Of a stretch of DNA of 64,000 bases, positions 34,561 to 46,200 are shown one piece after another. Origin of the DNA: Gracilinanus agilis (taxonomy: Eukaryota). The translations under genes and the position numbers were made by a program. Within the stretch, counting starts at the first letter, position 1, and every line of letters begins with the position of its first letter. The stretch spans positions 528,021,569-528,085,568 of the forward strand of contig NC_058131.1 in NCBI RefSeq assembly GCF_016433145.1. Direction: 5' to 3'. The notes below the pieces were generated by a model, which saw nothing but the letters and a program-made list of their open reading frames with translations, had not been told where the DNA came from and searched no databases.

Positions 34561-35680
34561 TGTGATAGCCCTCCTAGGAAGAGATGGCATTCCCCCCTAT
34601 TGACCCTTGCTTTCTTTGTGGTTTAAAAGCTGAAAGTTTCCCCATGGTAAGTCCTCATCCAGATACCCAGTTTGTCTACAGAAGAGCCTCTGGGCCAGCC
34701 AGAAAAGTTGGAGAAAACAACCTCTTAATGATTTCAGGTGCAAATCAATGGGAGTCAGTTCAATGCAAAGCTTTATTGCAAACAATGAGAAAGAGAGGGG
34801 AGAAAGGAATAGGGACCCAACAAATGACTCAAACTATATACACTAATGTGATGCATAATTCACATAAGGGCACTGCTTTAATAGGGAGTATGGAGACATT
34901 GAGCAGGAAGTGGGTGCCCCAGCAGAAAGGTGTACTTCTGCTGAAGGGAAGCAGATGTTACTGCTGGAAGGGAGGGAGTATTAGGGACCACAGAGACATT
35001 CAACAGGAAAGGAGGTGCTCCAGGAGGAGCAGGGTTCTTATACTGTGATTTTGGGTGGCGGTCCTAGGGTCAGGACAAAATATTATTTTGGGGATTTGTT
35101 ATCAGGAAGAGAAAACAATCTGGTAGTAGACAAAATATTTTAGGGAGTCTGTTATCAAGAAGAAAAACAAGCTAATGGTGGACAAAATGTTATTTTGGGG
35201 ATTTTGTTATCCAGAAGAAAAATTACCTGGTGGTAGAAAAAATATTTCTTAGGGATATAGCTGAACCAACCTTTGAAAAATGTTATTGGCAATATTTTTC
35301 CATGAATATATTCTATTTTATTTATTTTTTTGTTTTTTTTTTAACCCTTAACTTCTATGTGTTGGCTCCTAGGTGGAAGAGTGGTAAGGGTGGGCAATGG
35401 GGGTCAAGTGACTTGCCCAGGGTCACACAGCTGGGAAGTGTCTGAGGCCGGATTTGAACCTAGGACCTCCCATCTCTAGGCCTGACTCTCAATCCACTGA
35501 GCTACCCAGCTGCCCCCCTCCATGAATATATTCTAAAAGCTTACAGCCTCCATTAAGGGACACTGTCATGATGGCTTTAATACCATCAGGTCTAATCTTA
35601 TAATAAAGATTCCCACGCATAGCTTCTATAAGTTACAGCTTTCCTTAAGGGGACACGGTTATGGTTGAAGCATGATTACA
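34561..35680 (-). mobile_element. LTR-like element in RPAP1 intron 1 carrying a young SINE
   Basis: TGTGAT...ATTACA ends; AATAAA on minus near 34772; 52-55-bp tandem repeats at 35074-35255; no clear TSD. Confidence 0.6.
35316..35519 (-). mobile_element. Young full-length tRNA-derived SINE (SINE1_Mdo-like)
   Basis: GGGGCAGCTGGGTAGCTCAGTGG...GGTTCAAATCC head, A-rich tail, perfect 16-bp TSD CCATGAATATATTCTA. Confidence 0.92.
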
Positions 35681-35689
35681 AAGGTGGTT

Positions 35690-36430
35690 TTTAAATGCCA
35701 ATCCAGGAATTTGTATTTTATTCTAAAAGTAATAGAAGCCACCGAAAATTATTGAGAAGAGCATTGGCATGGCTAGACTTATGCTTTATTTAGGAAGATA
35801 TTTTGACAGCTGTTTGAAGGATGGATTGGTAATGGGAGACAGTATAAGCTGAGAGGCTTTTATAATCCTGGCAAGAAGTAATGAGGACCTAAATTAGAGG
35901 TGCTTAGGAGTAGATAGGAGATAGGTGAGAGAGTTTGTTTTATTTTGAGATGTTTTGGAACTAAACTAGTATGTGCAAGGAACAGCAAGCAAGTCAGTGT
36001 ACCTGGATTGTAGAGTTCGTGGAGGGGAGTAAAAGTATAAAATGACTGGAAAAGTAGGCAAGGACTAGTTACAAAGAACTTTAAATGCCAAACAAATATT
36101 TAGTTTTGGAGGTAATAGAAGCCAATATTGCTTTCGGGGTGAGATGAGACCCTAACTTGAGGAAATTCACTTTGGCAGCTGAGTGGAAGATGGATTGGAG
36201 ACTTAAGGCAAAAAGACCAACCAGAAGGCTATTGCAGGATTTCAATTAAAAGATGATCATATCCTGAATGTACAGAGTGGTAGCTCTGTGAGCTGGGGAA
36301 GTGCATGTCTACATGAGATGTATAAAGGTCGAAATGACAAGAACAGGCAATAGATATGTAGAATAAGTGTGGAGTGAGGATTTGGGGATGACATCCAATT
36401 TGTACATCCTCAGTAACCAGGAGAATGGTG
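35690..36430 (-). mobile_element. L2 fragments hosting the UBE2N retrocopy (continue 38260-38520); other L2 at about 15530-15910(+) and 51720-52660(-)
   Basis: Purine-rich L2 antisense motifs (ttttaaatgcca, ttttggacatgttg..tttgag). Confidence 0.65.
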
Positions 36431-37599
36431 CTATTCTTTTCTTTTTTGAGAACAAAGAATATTTTACTAAAACGTGAGATTTATAGAAGTTTTCCAGACA
36501 AACCATACAAAGTGGTGGTCACAAACTTTTCTTGAAGAGAGGTTTCTGCATTTGACAGAAATTATATTATTTTAGTAAGGGATGTGATGTTTAAAGTTCC
36601 CATTTTTGTTCAAATAACTCAGCTTGTCCATCCTTTGGCATTAAGGAGTTAGACTTGACTAGAGGGCATATTCTAAAATATAACTGATTAAGAACATGAA
36701 ACATGTAACTATGGGAAAATATTCAAAATAAAAACTAAAGAAACTTGAAAAAATAAAATATAACTGATTAGAGCTGCTTTAATGAGAGCAATTGCCATCA
36801 TAATAAAAAGGGAAGAGGAACTCACAAAACTGGAAGAAAAAAAGACACCCCCTCCCCCACTGCAGCTAATCAAAAACTCCTTTAATTTACAGTGCTTATA
36901 TATACTTAAACCTTGATGGGAGAAATGAATAAAAGCAGAGCTGGACCACTACTTTTAAACAATTTCACAACAATCCAGATGATTCTTCTGGCCTCTGCTC
37001 ATATGTTGCAGCAGTAAATCAGGACAAGACAGATTTGCTAATGTGCATTTAATCACCAAAGGACTGAAGAAGACCTAGGTTTTTATTCTATAATATTTCT
37101 AAAATCTTGTCTATTAAATGCAAACAAAAAAAGGAAGAGGGCTTGACAGAACAGGAATAGTGATGCACACTTGATGTTGAGACTGAATTTAAATATTATC
37201 CATATTAGTCTATGCTCTGGCTGTTTTTGTGGCATGGGCTTCATTTGCTAATGGATCATCTGGATTGGGAGCACTTAACAAAGCTTTGATTGAGAGCAGC
37301 ATTGTACGGATCTGCAGCACTGGAAACCATTTATCTTTCAAAATGTCTAAATATATTCTTCCCGACTTGTTTACATTAGGGTGACAAATTTTTGTTCATG
37401 AAATGTGCTTTAGTTGTTGCCATTGAGTATTCGTCTGGAAGAAGGAATTCAATTTTAAAAGTCCCTTAAGTAGGCAATCCTGTGGGTCTGCAATGACTAC
37501 ATTAAAATAGCGTGTATTGTTTTCGTCTGATTTTGTTTTTATTCCAGGAACTGGTACTGCCATCAAACCCTGGGTTTCCTTAATACTCTTACAGAATAG

Positions 37600-38187
37600 G
37601 GGGCAGCTGGGTGGCCCAATAGATTGAGAGCCAGACCAAGACACAGGAAATCCTGGGTTCAAATTTGGCCTCACACTTCCTAGCTATGTGACCCTAGGCA
37701 AGCCACTTGGCCCCCATTGCCTAGCCCAGTGATGGGCAAACTTTTTAAAGAGGGGGCCAAAGGAAAGGAAATGCTCATCTGTCAGTCTGTTTCTAAGGCA
37801 ACTCTTTTGAAGTTTCATTGTATTGTATCCTACTCATTGTATTTGTCAGATTAAGAATAATGTCCTGCTGCAGGATAGAACATTTCAGGCCTATGGGCCA
37901 TAGTTTGCCCATCACTGGCCTAGCCCTTACCACTCTTCTGCCTTGGAACAAATACCTAGAATTAATTCTAAGACAGAAGGTAAGGGTTTAAAAAAATAAT
38001 CTTGCAGAATAGAGCCAGGTTTAGAGACAGGTGGTCCAGGGTTCAAATAGGTCATACAGATACTTAGCTGTATGACGTTGGGCAAGTCACTTAACCCCAG
38101 ATGGCCTAGCCTTTACCATTCTTCTGCCTTGGAATCAATATTGATTCTAAGATAGAAAGTAAGGGTTTTAGATTTTTTTTTAAATCA
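37600..38187 (+). mobile_element. Two tandem SINEs inside the UBE2N retrocopy (37600-37999, about 38010-38187)
   Basis: Two SINE bodies with A-tails; the target sequence is present three times. Confidence 0.85.
37727..37917. mobile_element. Non-autonomous hAT (Charlie-type) DNA transposon, 191 bp
   Basis: Perfect 16-bp TIRs CAGTGATGGGCAAACT / AGTTTGCCCATCACTG; perfect 8-bp TSD GCCTAGCC (37719-37726, 37918-37925). Confidence 0.95.
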
Positions 38188-40110
38188 TAATAATCCTACT
38201 GAATAGCCCAGACATCTTGTGATCTGGAATTCAGCATCAAGGTCTCATCTCACCCATGTCAGTTATGAGAAAATTCAGAAGAGGAGAAGACTTGAGAAAA
38301 AGATAAATTTGGTTTTGAACATGTTGAATTTGAGAAAGGTAGGTAGTGATTTGAGATTATACTTCAAAAGAAAGACTAGAGCTAGATGTTTATAAAGACC
38401 TGGGAATCAGCTACATAAAGGTGATAATTGGATAATTTGAGGATAATTGGATTAGTTCAAGACGGAGAGTATAGAACAAAAAAAGAAGACCCTGAATGAG
38501 CCTTGGGGTCACGTACTATTTTTTAAACTCTTAAACTCTTACCTTCTATCTTCCAATTATTACTGCAAGGCAGAAGAGCAGTAAGGGCTTGACAATGAGG
38601 GTTAAGTGACTTGCCTAGGGTCACACAGCTAGGAAGTGTCTGAGGCCTAATTTGAATCCAGGACCTCCCTTCTCTAAGCTTGGTTCTCAATCTACTGCAC
38701 CACCTAGCTGTCCCCATGGGGCATACACTATTAATGAGCATGATGTGTATGGAAAGCTAGCAAAGGAGACTAAGAAGGCATGGTAAGGTAAGACAGAGTC
38801 AGGAAAAAGTAGTATCAGACCTAGAGAGAAGTATGGAGAAGATGACTTAGAGGTTTGCAAACCCATGTGGCTAAAAGGATGGCCATGTCCTCAACTGAAA
38901 TAAAAAAATTTGAAGTTCCATTTTGGACATGTTGGTTTGAGGTGCCTATGAGACATCCAGTTGGAGGTGGCCAACAGGCAGTAAGTGATAGGAGACTGGA
39001 TCAGGAGAGAGATTAGGACTGTGTTTAGATTTGAAAATCATCTTTCAAATCTTTCAAAGGGTTTTTGTAAGGAGCAAAAGAGATAATAATTGTAAAGCAT
39101 GGCACTGTGCCTGGCACATTGTAAGTACTTATATAAATGTTTGCTATTCTTATCATTATCTGCATAGAAATGACAAAATACTTTCTCTAGTATTTCCTCC
39201 TAGGATCCTTCATTGCCTCGCTTGTCTCCTCTATTCTCCAAGAAGCACCTTCTATAGCCTGCACTGATCCCTTCCTTCTCTGAGTTTCTATCTTTAGCAG
39301 CCACATGTCCTGGATTTTCCAGGACAGACCTAATTCTGAAAAGAAAGTATACTTTTAGTGAAGCTTTGCAAGAGGAAGATCCCTTGTCAGGTTCTATGTC
39401 CCAATTTCTTGGTTTTGGAAAATAGGATCATTATACCTATTATACCCCTATTCACCACCATAAAATTGTTCTTCAGTTGTTTCATGTACATTCGTTTTAT
39501 CATTTTAGATTTTCAATTCCTTAACAACAATAACAAAAAAAAAAAACCCCAAACCTCTGACTTTTGTTTTTCTTATAATCCTCATAGTAGTTAGCATAGT
39601 TACAAGGACAAGAGAGTTTCAGCCAATACTTGTTTTTTGGGGGTTTTTTTTCCAGCCAATACTTGTTGAATAAAGGCAAAGAAAAGTAAAATAACATAAG
39701 AAACATAAAAGGGCAGAAAGGTCTGAGTCCCAGCTAAAGGGTGAACTAACTTTATATCCATGAGCAAGACCTTGAACCTCTGGAAAATAGGAATCAGACA
39801 TCCACTACCTGTCTTCTCACAGAGTTTTCCAAGATGGAAACACCTTGCAAACTGTAAATTGCTATGAAAATGGGCAAGAGAGAGGGTCGGATTAGAATGG
39901 AGTAAAAATAAAATGACATAGGAAGGACTTAGTTGAAACAGAACCATATCAGGGTAGAACACAGAGAAGCAAGGGTCAAGTGAAGTGGTTCATGAGAAAG
40001 CTAACAAAATTTTATCCATTGTGCTGAAATCCTCACAGGGACTGTGGGAATAAGAAGAGAATCTCAAAGCCTGGATCATATCTCAGTGGGGAGGTCTCTG
40101 CCTCAACAAA

Positions 40111-40291
40111 ATGCTATCAAGACCAAAGCCAGGAGAGTCTGAGGTGGACTTGTTGCGATTCCAGAATCAGTTCCTTTCTTCAGGGGCTAGCCCAGCTGTA
40201 AGGATAGCAAAGAAGGTAAACAAGAAGGGCAGGCGTGCTGATGAGGAACAGTCCATTCTCCAGGATCAACGGGATGTGGTGACTTTAGATG
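40111..40291 (+). CDS. RPAP1: RPAP1 coding exon 1 (gene exon 2; probable acceptor at 40038)
   Basis: [15 protein letters not shown]...RDVVTLD; donor G|GTAAGT. Confidence 0.97.
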
Positions 40292-43200
40292 GTAAGTTGT
40301 CATGTCCCAGGGATGGGATGGAGGGAATTATCGAACCTCCTTGGGACTCTACCTCCTGGATAATACCTCAGTCTCTCACTCCCCTCCCTCATCCCTTGCT
40401 ATCCACCTTCCTTCCCTTTCTCCCACCCTCCCTCTCTTTCTCTCCCCTCCCCTCTCCCTCTTCTCTCATCCCCTTCTATTAGACTCACCACGTCCTCTAT
40501 TACTATAACCCTTTCCTTCTAAATCCCACAGTGCTTCTACCTACTGTAGACAACTTTCCCTTTTCTTGCTATGAACTCTTAGTTTGCTGATCTGCATTAT
40601 AGTCTTTCTTAGCCTTGACTTTTTGGGAAGGGCTGGGTGTCCTTATGTTTTTGGTTTTTTTGTTTGTTTTGTCTTGTCAGAGCTTCCAGATTTGCCCCCC
40701 ACTCTTGTCCCTGCTCCCCCAAAGAGGGCCAGGCCTAGTCCAGGCTTCATACCACCTGAGGACCAGGACCCGGAGGAGAGGCTAGATCAGCATGACCGAC
40801 ATATCACAGCTGTCTTCACTAAGATTATTGTGCGTCTTTCGCCTGTCTTGTTTGGGAAAAAGAATGTTCTAAGAATCAATAGACTGGGGCAATGTTGGAA
40901 GTACTTTAGTTCCCATTGTTAAAGGAGGGGAGGGAGAACCATTTCAAGAAATATTTTTTTTTTCTCCTGCCAGGCAGAATACAAGGTAGGCACCACTCTA
41001 TTTGTAAGGGTGAAGGGAAGAATTTGCTTCTCATTTGGAGGCTGTGGGTCCTCTGCTTCTCAGTGGGATCAGAGTGGAGACTTCACCTCTTTAGAACATT
41101 TCGTTTTGTTTCCCCAGGAACGTGATACCAGTGCAATGGCTGTGACCCTGCCTCTTCCCAGTGGAGTGGCTTTTCCCCGTGTTTTCCATCGCTCACAGAA
41201 AGTCACCCAGGTAAACAAAGGTGGGATCCCAGACAGATGGTGAGAGGAGGTAGGTAAGATGGTTGAACATCTCTGGGAAGCTAGGTAGACATTTCTTCAG
41301 ATTGTCCTCCCTTCCCAAGGGCCAGGATTGTGCTCCTCTAAGGCTGAATATGGCTTTTTAATACTCTGTCCTAGAGACACCTTGGTAGAAGCATGATGAG
41401 ATGGTAGTCACTGTTACCCTGGCTTTTTCTCCCTGCTCTCCAGGGGAAAACAGCAACATCTGGAAAGAGAAGCATTTTTGCCCAGGAGATTGCAGCAAGG
41501 AGAAATGCTGAGGCAAGCATCACGCCGATGGAGATGACTATGCCTCCACAGAGCCAACAGGAAGGTGAATTACTATCTGAGAGGTTTAGACTGGTTGGCA
41601 AGGCTCTTTAGAATGAGAACTTGCAGGGATATACTTGTGGTTATACTCTTCCTGTCCCATTTGGAAAGTGCTTTGGGACCAGGCATTGTGGCATATGCCT
41701 GTAATCCTTGCTATTGGGGTGTCTGAGGCTGAGGAATCACTTAAGTTTGGGAGTTCTGGGTTATAGCAGGGCTGTAGTAGATCAGATTTCTATGTTAAAT
41801 CTCAACACAAATTTGGTGTATCCCTGGGAGCAGAGGGCAACCAAGCTACATAAGGAGGGATGAACCTTTCCAGGTCCCAGGACTGGGATAGGGGCTGGAC
41901 TTCAGTAGGAATTGTCTCCATGTCCCTACTTAAACTCCTGTGCACAAGGCAGATAGTGACACTGGGGTTTGGGTTTAATTTGGATCTCAAAGGAAAAGAG
42001 ACAAGAAATTATCTTATTATTGGAGAAGACTAAGAATGAACCTCTTTCAAAAATTTTAGTGGCAGTGATGTAAAAGAAGGGTCCCTTCCTTCATCCCCCA
42101 AATTGCTAACAGCAGGATAGGGTCAGATTACAGCCCAAAAATTAAGAGGAGAAACACTCAGAAACAAGTTGAGCTGAGAGCCAGCCAGTATGTCAGAGTG
42201 AAGGGGGAATTGGCAAGGGAAAGACAAAAGGAGCTGATGGAAAGTGAAGTAAGCTGATTATACCAATGCAAACATGATAAGATGAAGCCCAATGCTGTGG
42301 GATGGTGCTGACCCAGCGTGCTTCAGAAGATGGATGTGGAACACTGCATTAGAGTGTCAGATCCAATTGGCATTTTTGTTGCATTTCCTGAACTGTTTTT
42401 CTTTTCCTTTGAAATCTTAGCCACAAGATAAGACTTGCTGCCATCTGCAGCCCTCTAAAAGGAGGCTAGAGATTCATAAATGAACAGGAAGTCAAAAGGC
42501 ATTAATTAAAATTATTTTTAAAGAAAGAAAAAGTGTACTAGATTTTCAGATGGCAGAGATTGGCTGAAATCCCCCTTCAGGTACTGATAGCTCTATGGCC
42601 TTGGGCAAGTCACTTAAGTTCTTGTGGCTTAATGCTGTCGGGAGTGCTTACCTCACTGGGTTATTGTGAGGATCCAATGACTGTCGAGGGGGCAGCTAGG
42701 TAGCACAATGGATAGAGGCCTGGAGTCAGGAGGATCTGAGTTCAAATTTGCCCTGAGACATTTCCCAGCTGTGTGACTCTGGTCAAATCACTCCTAATTG
42801 TCTGGCCCTTACTGCTCTTCTTTCTCAGAATTAGTACTAAGATAGAAAGTAAAAGTTTTTTAAAAAGAGACTACTGAGGAGATGCTTTCTAGGTACCTTT
42901 TAAAGCACTGTATAAAAGGCAGCTATTATGTGGTCTCCACCTCTGGGAAGCCTTAGGTCTAATGAGACCTGAGACATATAGAAGGTGAGAGGGAGAGAAG
43001 TGGTTACTGAGTTTGTGTGAGGACCTAATAGTTTCACAGAAGTGGGTGGTGATAGCTCTGACTCTCCTTCTTCCATGCTAAGAATGTTCTGCTGTATGCT
43101 GGAATGCTTTCTATTTTTCTTTTTTTTAAACCCTTGCCTTCTGCCTCAAAATCAATACTAAGTATCATTTCCAAGGCAAAAGAGAGGTAAAGACTAGGTA

Positions 43201-46200
43201 ATTGGGGTTGTAACTTGCTCAGGGTCATATATATAGGAAGTATTTGCGGCCAAATTTGAACCCAGGTCCTTCCAACTCCAGACCTGGCACTCTAACAACT
43301 GAGCCACCTAACTTCTTTTATTAACCCTCCGATTCCCCTTCTAGACTTAGGTCAGATGCCACCTCTTGCAGGGAATGTTTTTGATGCCTTTGGTTTATTT
43401 CTTACCTGCCCTTCTCCCCAAATTAATTTGTATTTATTTTAAATTACCTGTTTACATGTTGTTTCCTCCTATTAGGATGCCAGCTTTTTTGAAATTAGGA
43501 ACTGTTTTTAATTTTATGCTTGGAGCCCCAGTGCCTAGTACGTCCTGCACACAGTAGGTGATAAATGGATGTTAATTGAATTAACTCAAATCAACAACCT
43601 TTTTCAGGATCTACAACATCTGAAGTACCAGGGCTTAGGAAGCAGGCCTCATGTGTTCCAGAGATTAGCAAGAGGTCCCAGGGACCCCATCTCATCACAG
43701 GAGAGGGCCTCCAGAGCCAGGAGGCCAAGCGTGAGATCCAGACCATCCATGAGGAGAACATGGCAAAACTGCATGCCTTGAGCCCAGAAGAAATCCTTCA
43801 GGAGCAACAAAGACTGCTGGCTCAGCTAGGTAGGGGGATCAGGGCCCTCTTGGCTGAAGCCTTCCTGGAAACTCAGCTTTAATAATATTGAAAGACTAGT
43901 CACATCTCTTAATTGGGAGGAAATGAAAAGGACATTCATCCTCCTAATGACAACTTCTTCCATAAAGTCCTTCTCTTTGTCTCTGTTAATGAACTGTATG
44001 GGATTGATGGCTGAATGGGGCAAGAATAAGGAACACACATAATACAAAGGAGCTTGGGCTACTGCTGGGTAGAGAATTATTTTATTTTCAGCCCTCAAAG
44101 GTAGAGATGCAAGAGACCATGTCATCTAGGAAAGTTTAGATGGATATTTGGGTCTTCTCATTCTCCCTGCTTGCCCTTCCCTGTGCCTTCCAGATCCCAG
44201 CTTGGTTGCTTTCCTGAAGTCTCAACGCAGCACCAATGGTCAGGCAGGAGTGGAAGTTATGGAAGAGAAATCAAGGACTGTTGGCCATGAGACCCACCAA
44301 AAGGAGCCAAAGGGGCCACCACTTCCCAATCAATCAAAGAAGAAAGAACCAGAGCTGGCCACCTCAGGTTTGGAGTAATGAGGGAAAGAGCATCCCATAT
44401 CCCAAACCCATCAGAGGGGCAAAAAGGAAAACATTCCCATCCTGGTCATCCAGCCTCAGTCCCACCACAAAATGTCCTTTATAGGTGTGCATGTTCTTCT
44501 CTTCTTAGCCTCTTCCTAGATCTCTCTAGTTTTTTGGGAAGATTCGCCACATCTTAAGAGAAAAGACACTGACCATAGAGCCAGGCTTTGGAATGGCCTT
44601 AATCCCCATTAGAACTGGATGCCTGGGCTGGTTCTATCCCTGTGGTCCCTTCTGCCCTTGCTCTTGGTGGGGGTGGGGAAAGGATGTTGCCAACATGAGC
44701 ATGACTTGGATCTGTGTGTGTATGCTAGACCAGAAGCAGAGGGGCCAGTGGGAGCAATCATTTTCCAGGAACAGGATGATTTCATTAGTGATTAACAAAA
44801 GAACAAACCTAATTACTGGCGCTGGGAACCTCTTGCCCCTAGCATAGCTTAAGGGCAGCTGGGTAGGACTGGCAGGAGGCTGAGGGATGGAGAGAAGATA
44901 AAGGTTATGTCTCGGTGGGTTTGGAAGTGGAGGAGGGGAGTGACTATCTTGCCACTATAGTATAATTTCTTCCTTTTCTACTACCCCCAACCCCATTACA
45001 CACATGGTGTCTACTGTATTCTGACTCCTGGGCAGGGACTTGGATCAGATGACACAGGGAGAATGGGAGCAATGCTTCTTCAAACACCATCTTTTTTTTT
45101 TAATAATAGTTTTTTTTCCTCCATTACATATAAAAATAATTTTTAATATTCATTTTTAAAATTTTCAGTTCCAAATTCTTTCCCTTTTCTGACTCCCTCT
45201 TTCCCCCCTCCCAGACAGTAAGCAATCTGATGTAGATTTTATGCATACAATCATGCAAAACATTTTTCCTGTTAGTCATTTTGTGGAAGAGATCTCAAAT
45301 GGAAAAAAAAAGAAGAAAATGAAATATAGTATATTTCAGTCTGCATTCAGACTCCTTCAATTCTTTCTCAGAGGGCAGATGGCATTTTTCATCACGAGTC
45401 TCTGGGATTGTCTTGCATCACTACAGTCTAGGCACCATCTTATTCCTCTTCTCAAAGGATGGCTAAATCTCTCTTTATAGTTAGGTTAGCAAGAAGTGCT
45501 GGTCAGCCTAGTGCTTGCTCAGTATGAAGCAATTTCAAGGTCTCTAGGATTCCAGACAGATGTGAGTTGTCTAGCAACTGGCTGGCACTAGCTTCTTGGC
45601 TCTGAGGTGGGAGACTGGTTGTAGTACCTCCCAATTTCTAGTTAAATCCCCTCGAGTAGGGTAACACCTTGGAGCCTGATCCTTGACTTCCTAAATAGAT
45701 GATCTAACCCTATATTCCTCAACAGCTCCAGAATTGCCTGTGACCCCTCACAAGGAATGGCTTCACATGGACACTGTGGAGTTGGAAAAGCTTCAGTGGA
45801 CACAGAATCTGCCCCCACTAAGGCGGCAGAAAACCCAGGAGGTGAGGATTAGGCCCAAGAAGTTTTTCAGGGAGGTAAGACTAGATAGGGGGATCTCTGG
45901 TAACAACTTCTGCTTCTTCTTGGGTAGAGACTAGTTTCTTGTCTCTTCTCTGTCACCACCCTGACTTGGACCTCTATCCTGACAGAGGAGTTTGAGCCTG
46001 AGTGGACGAAGGTGAAGGAAGAAAGTAGTAGGAGTGAGGAATAGGAGGAGGAGGAGCATCAGCATGCTGGTACCTAGGGCTACAAACCCCTTCTTTTTTT
46101 TAATCAGGGGATGAAGCAGGCACGTTTCAGTCTCCAGGGAGAGCTGCTGGCCCCTGACGCCGACTTGCCCACTCATTTAGGCCTGCATCACCATGGCGAG

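Larger units (their letters stand above)
36435..38255 (-). pseudogene. UBE2N: Processed pseudogene of UBE2N (Ubc13) with 5' and 3' UTR, interrupted by SINEs and a MITE
   Basis: ATG at 38215 (MSGLFSRII), then IKETQGLMAVPVPGIK...YFNVVIADPQD...[48 protein letters not shown] with frameshifts and deletions; no introns; long UTR resembling UBE2N; A-rich end near 36435-36450. Confidence 0.93.

Noticed and set aside
34584-35048. 154-aa ORF
   Set aside because: Inside an LTR-like element, with no gag/pol/env similarity.
45604-45630. let-7-like text tgaggtgggagactggttgtag
   Set aside because: Seed mismatch and no precursor hairpin.
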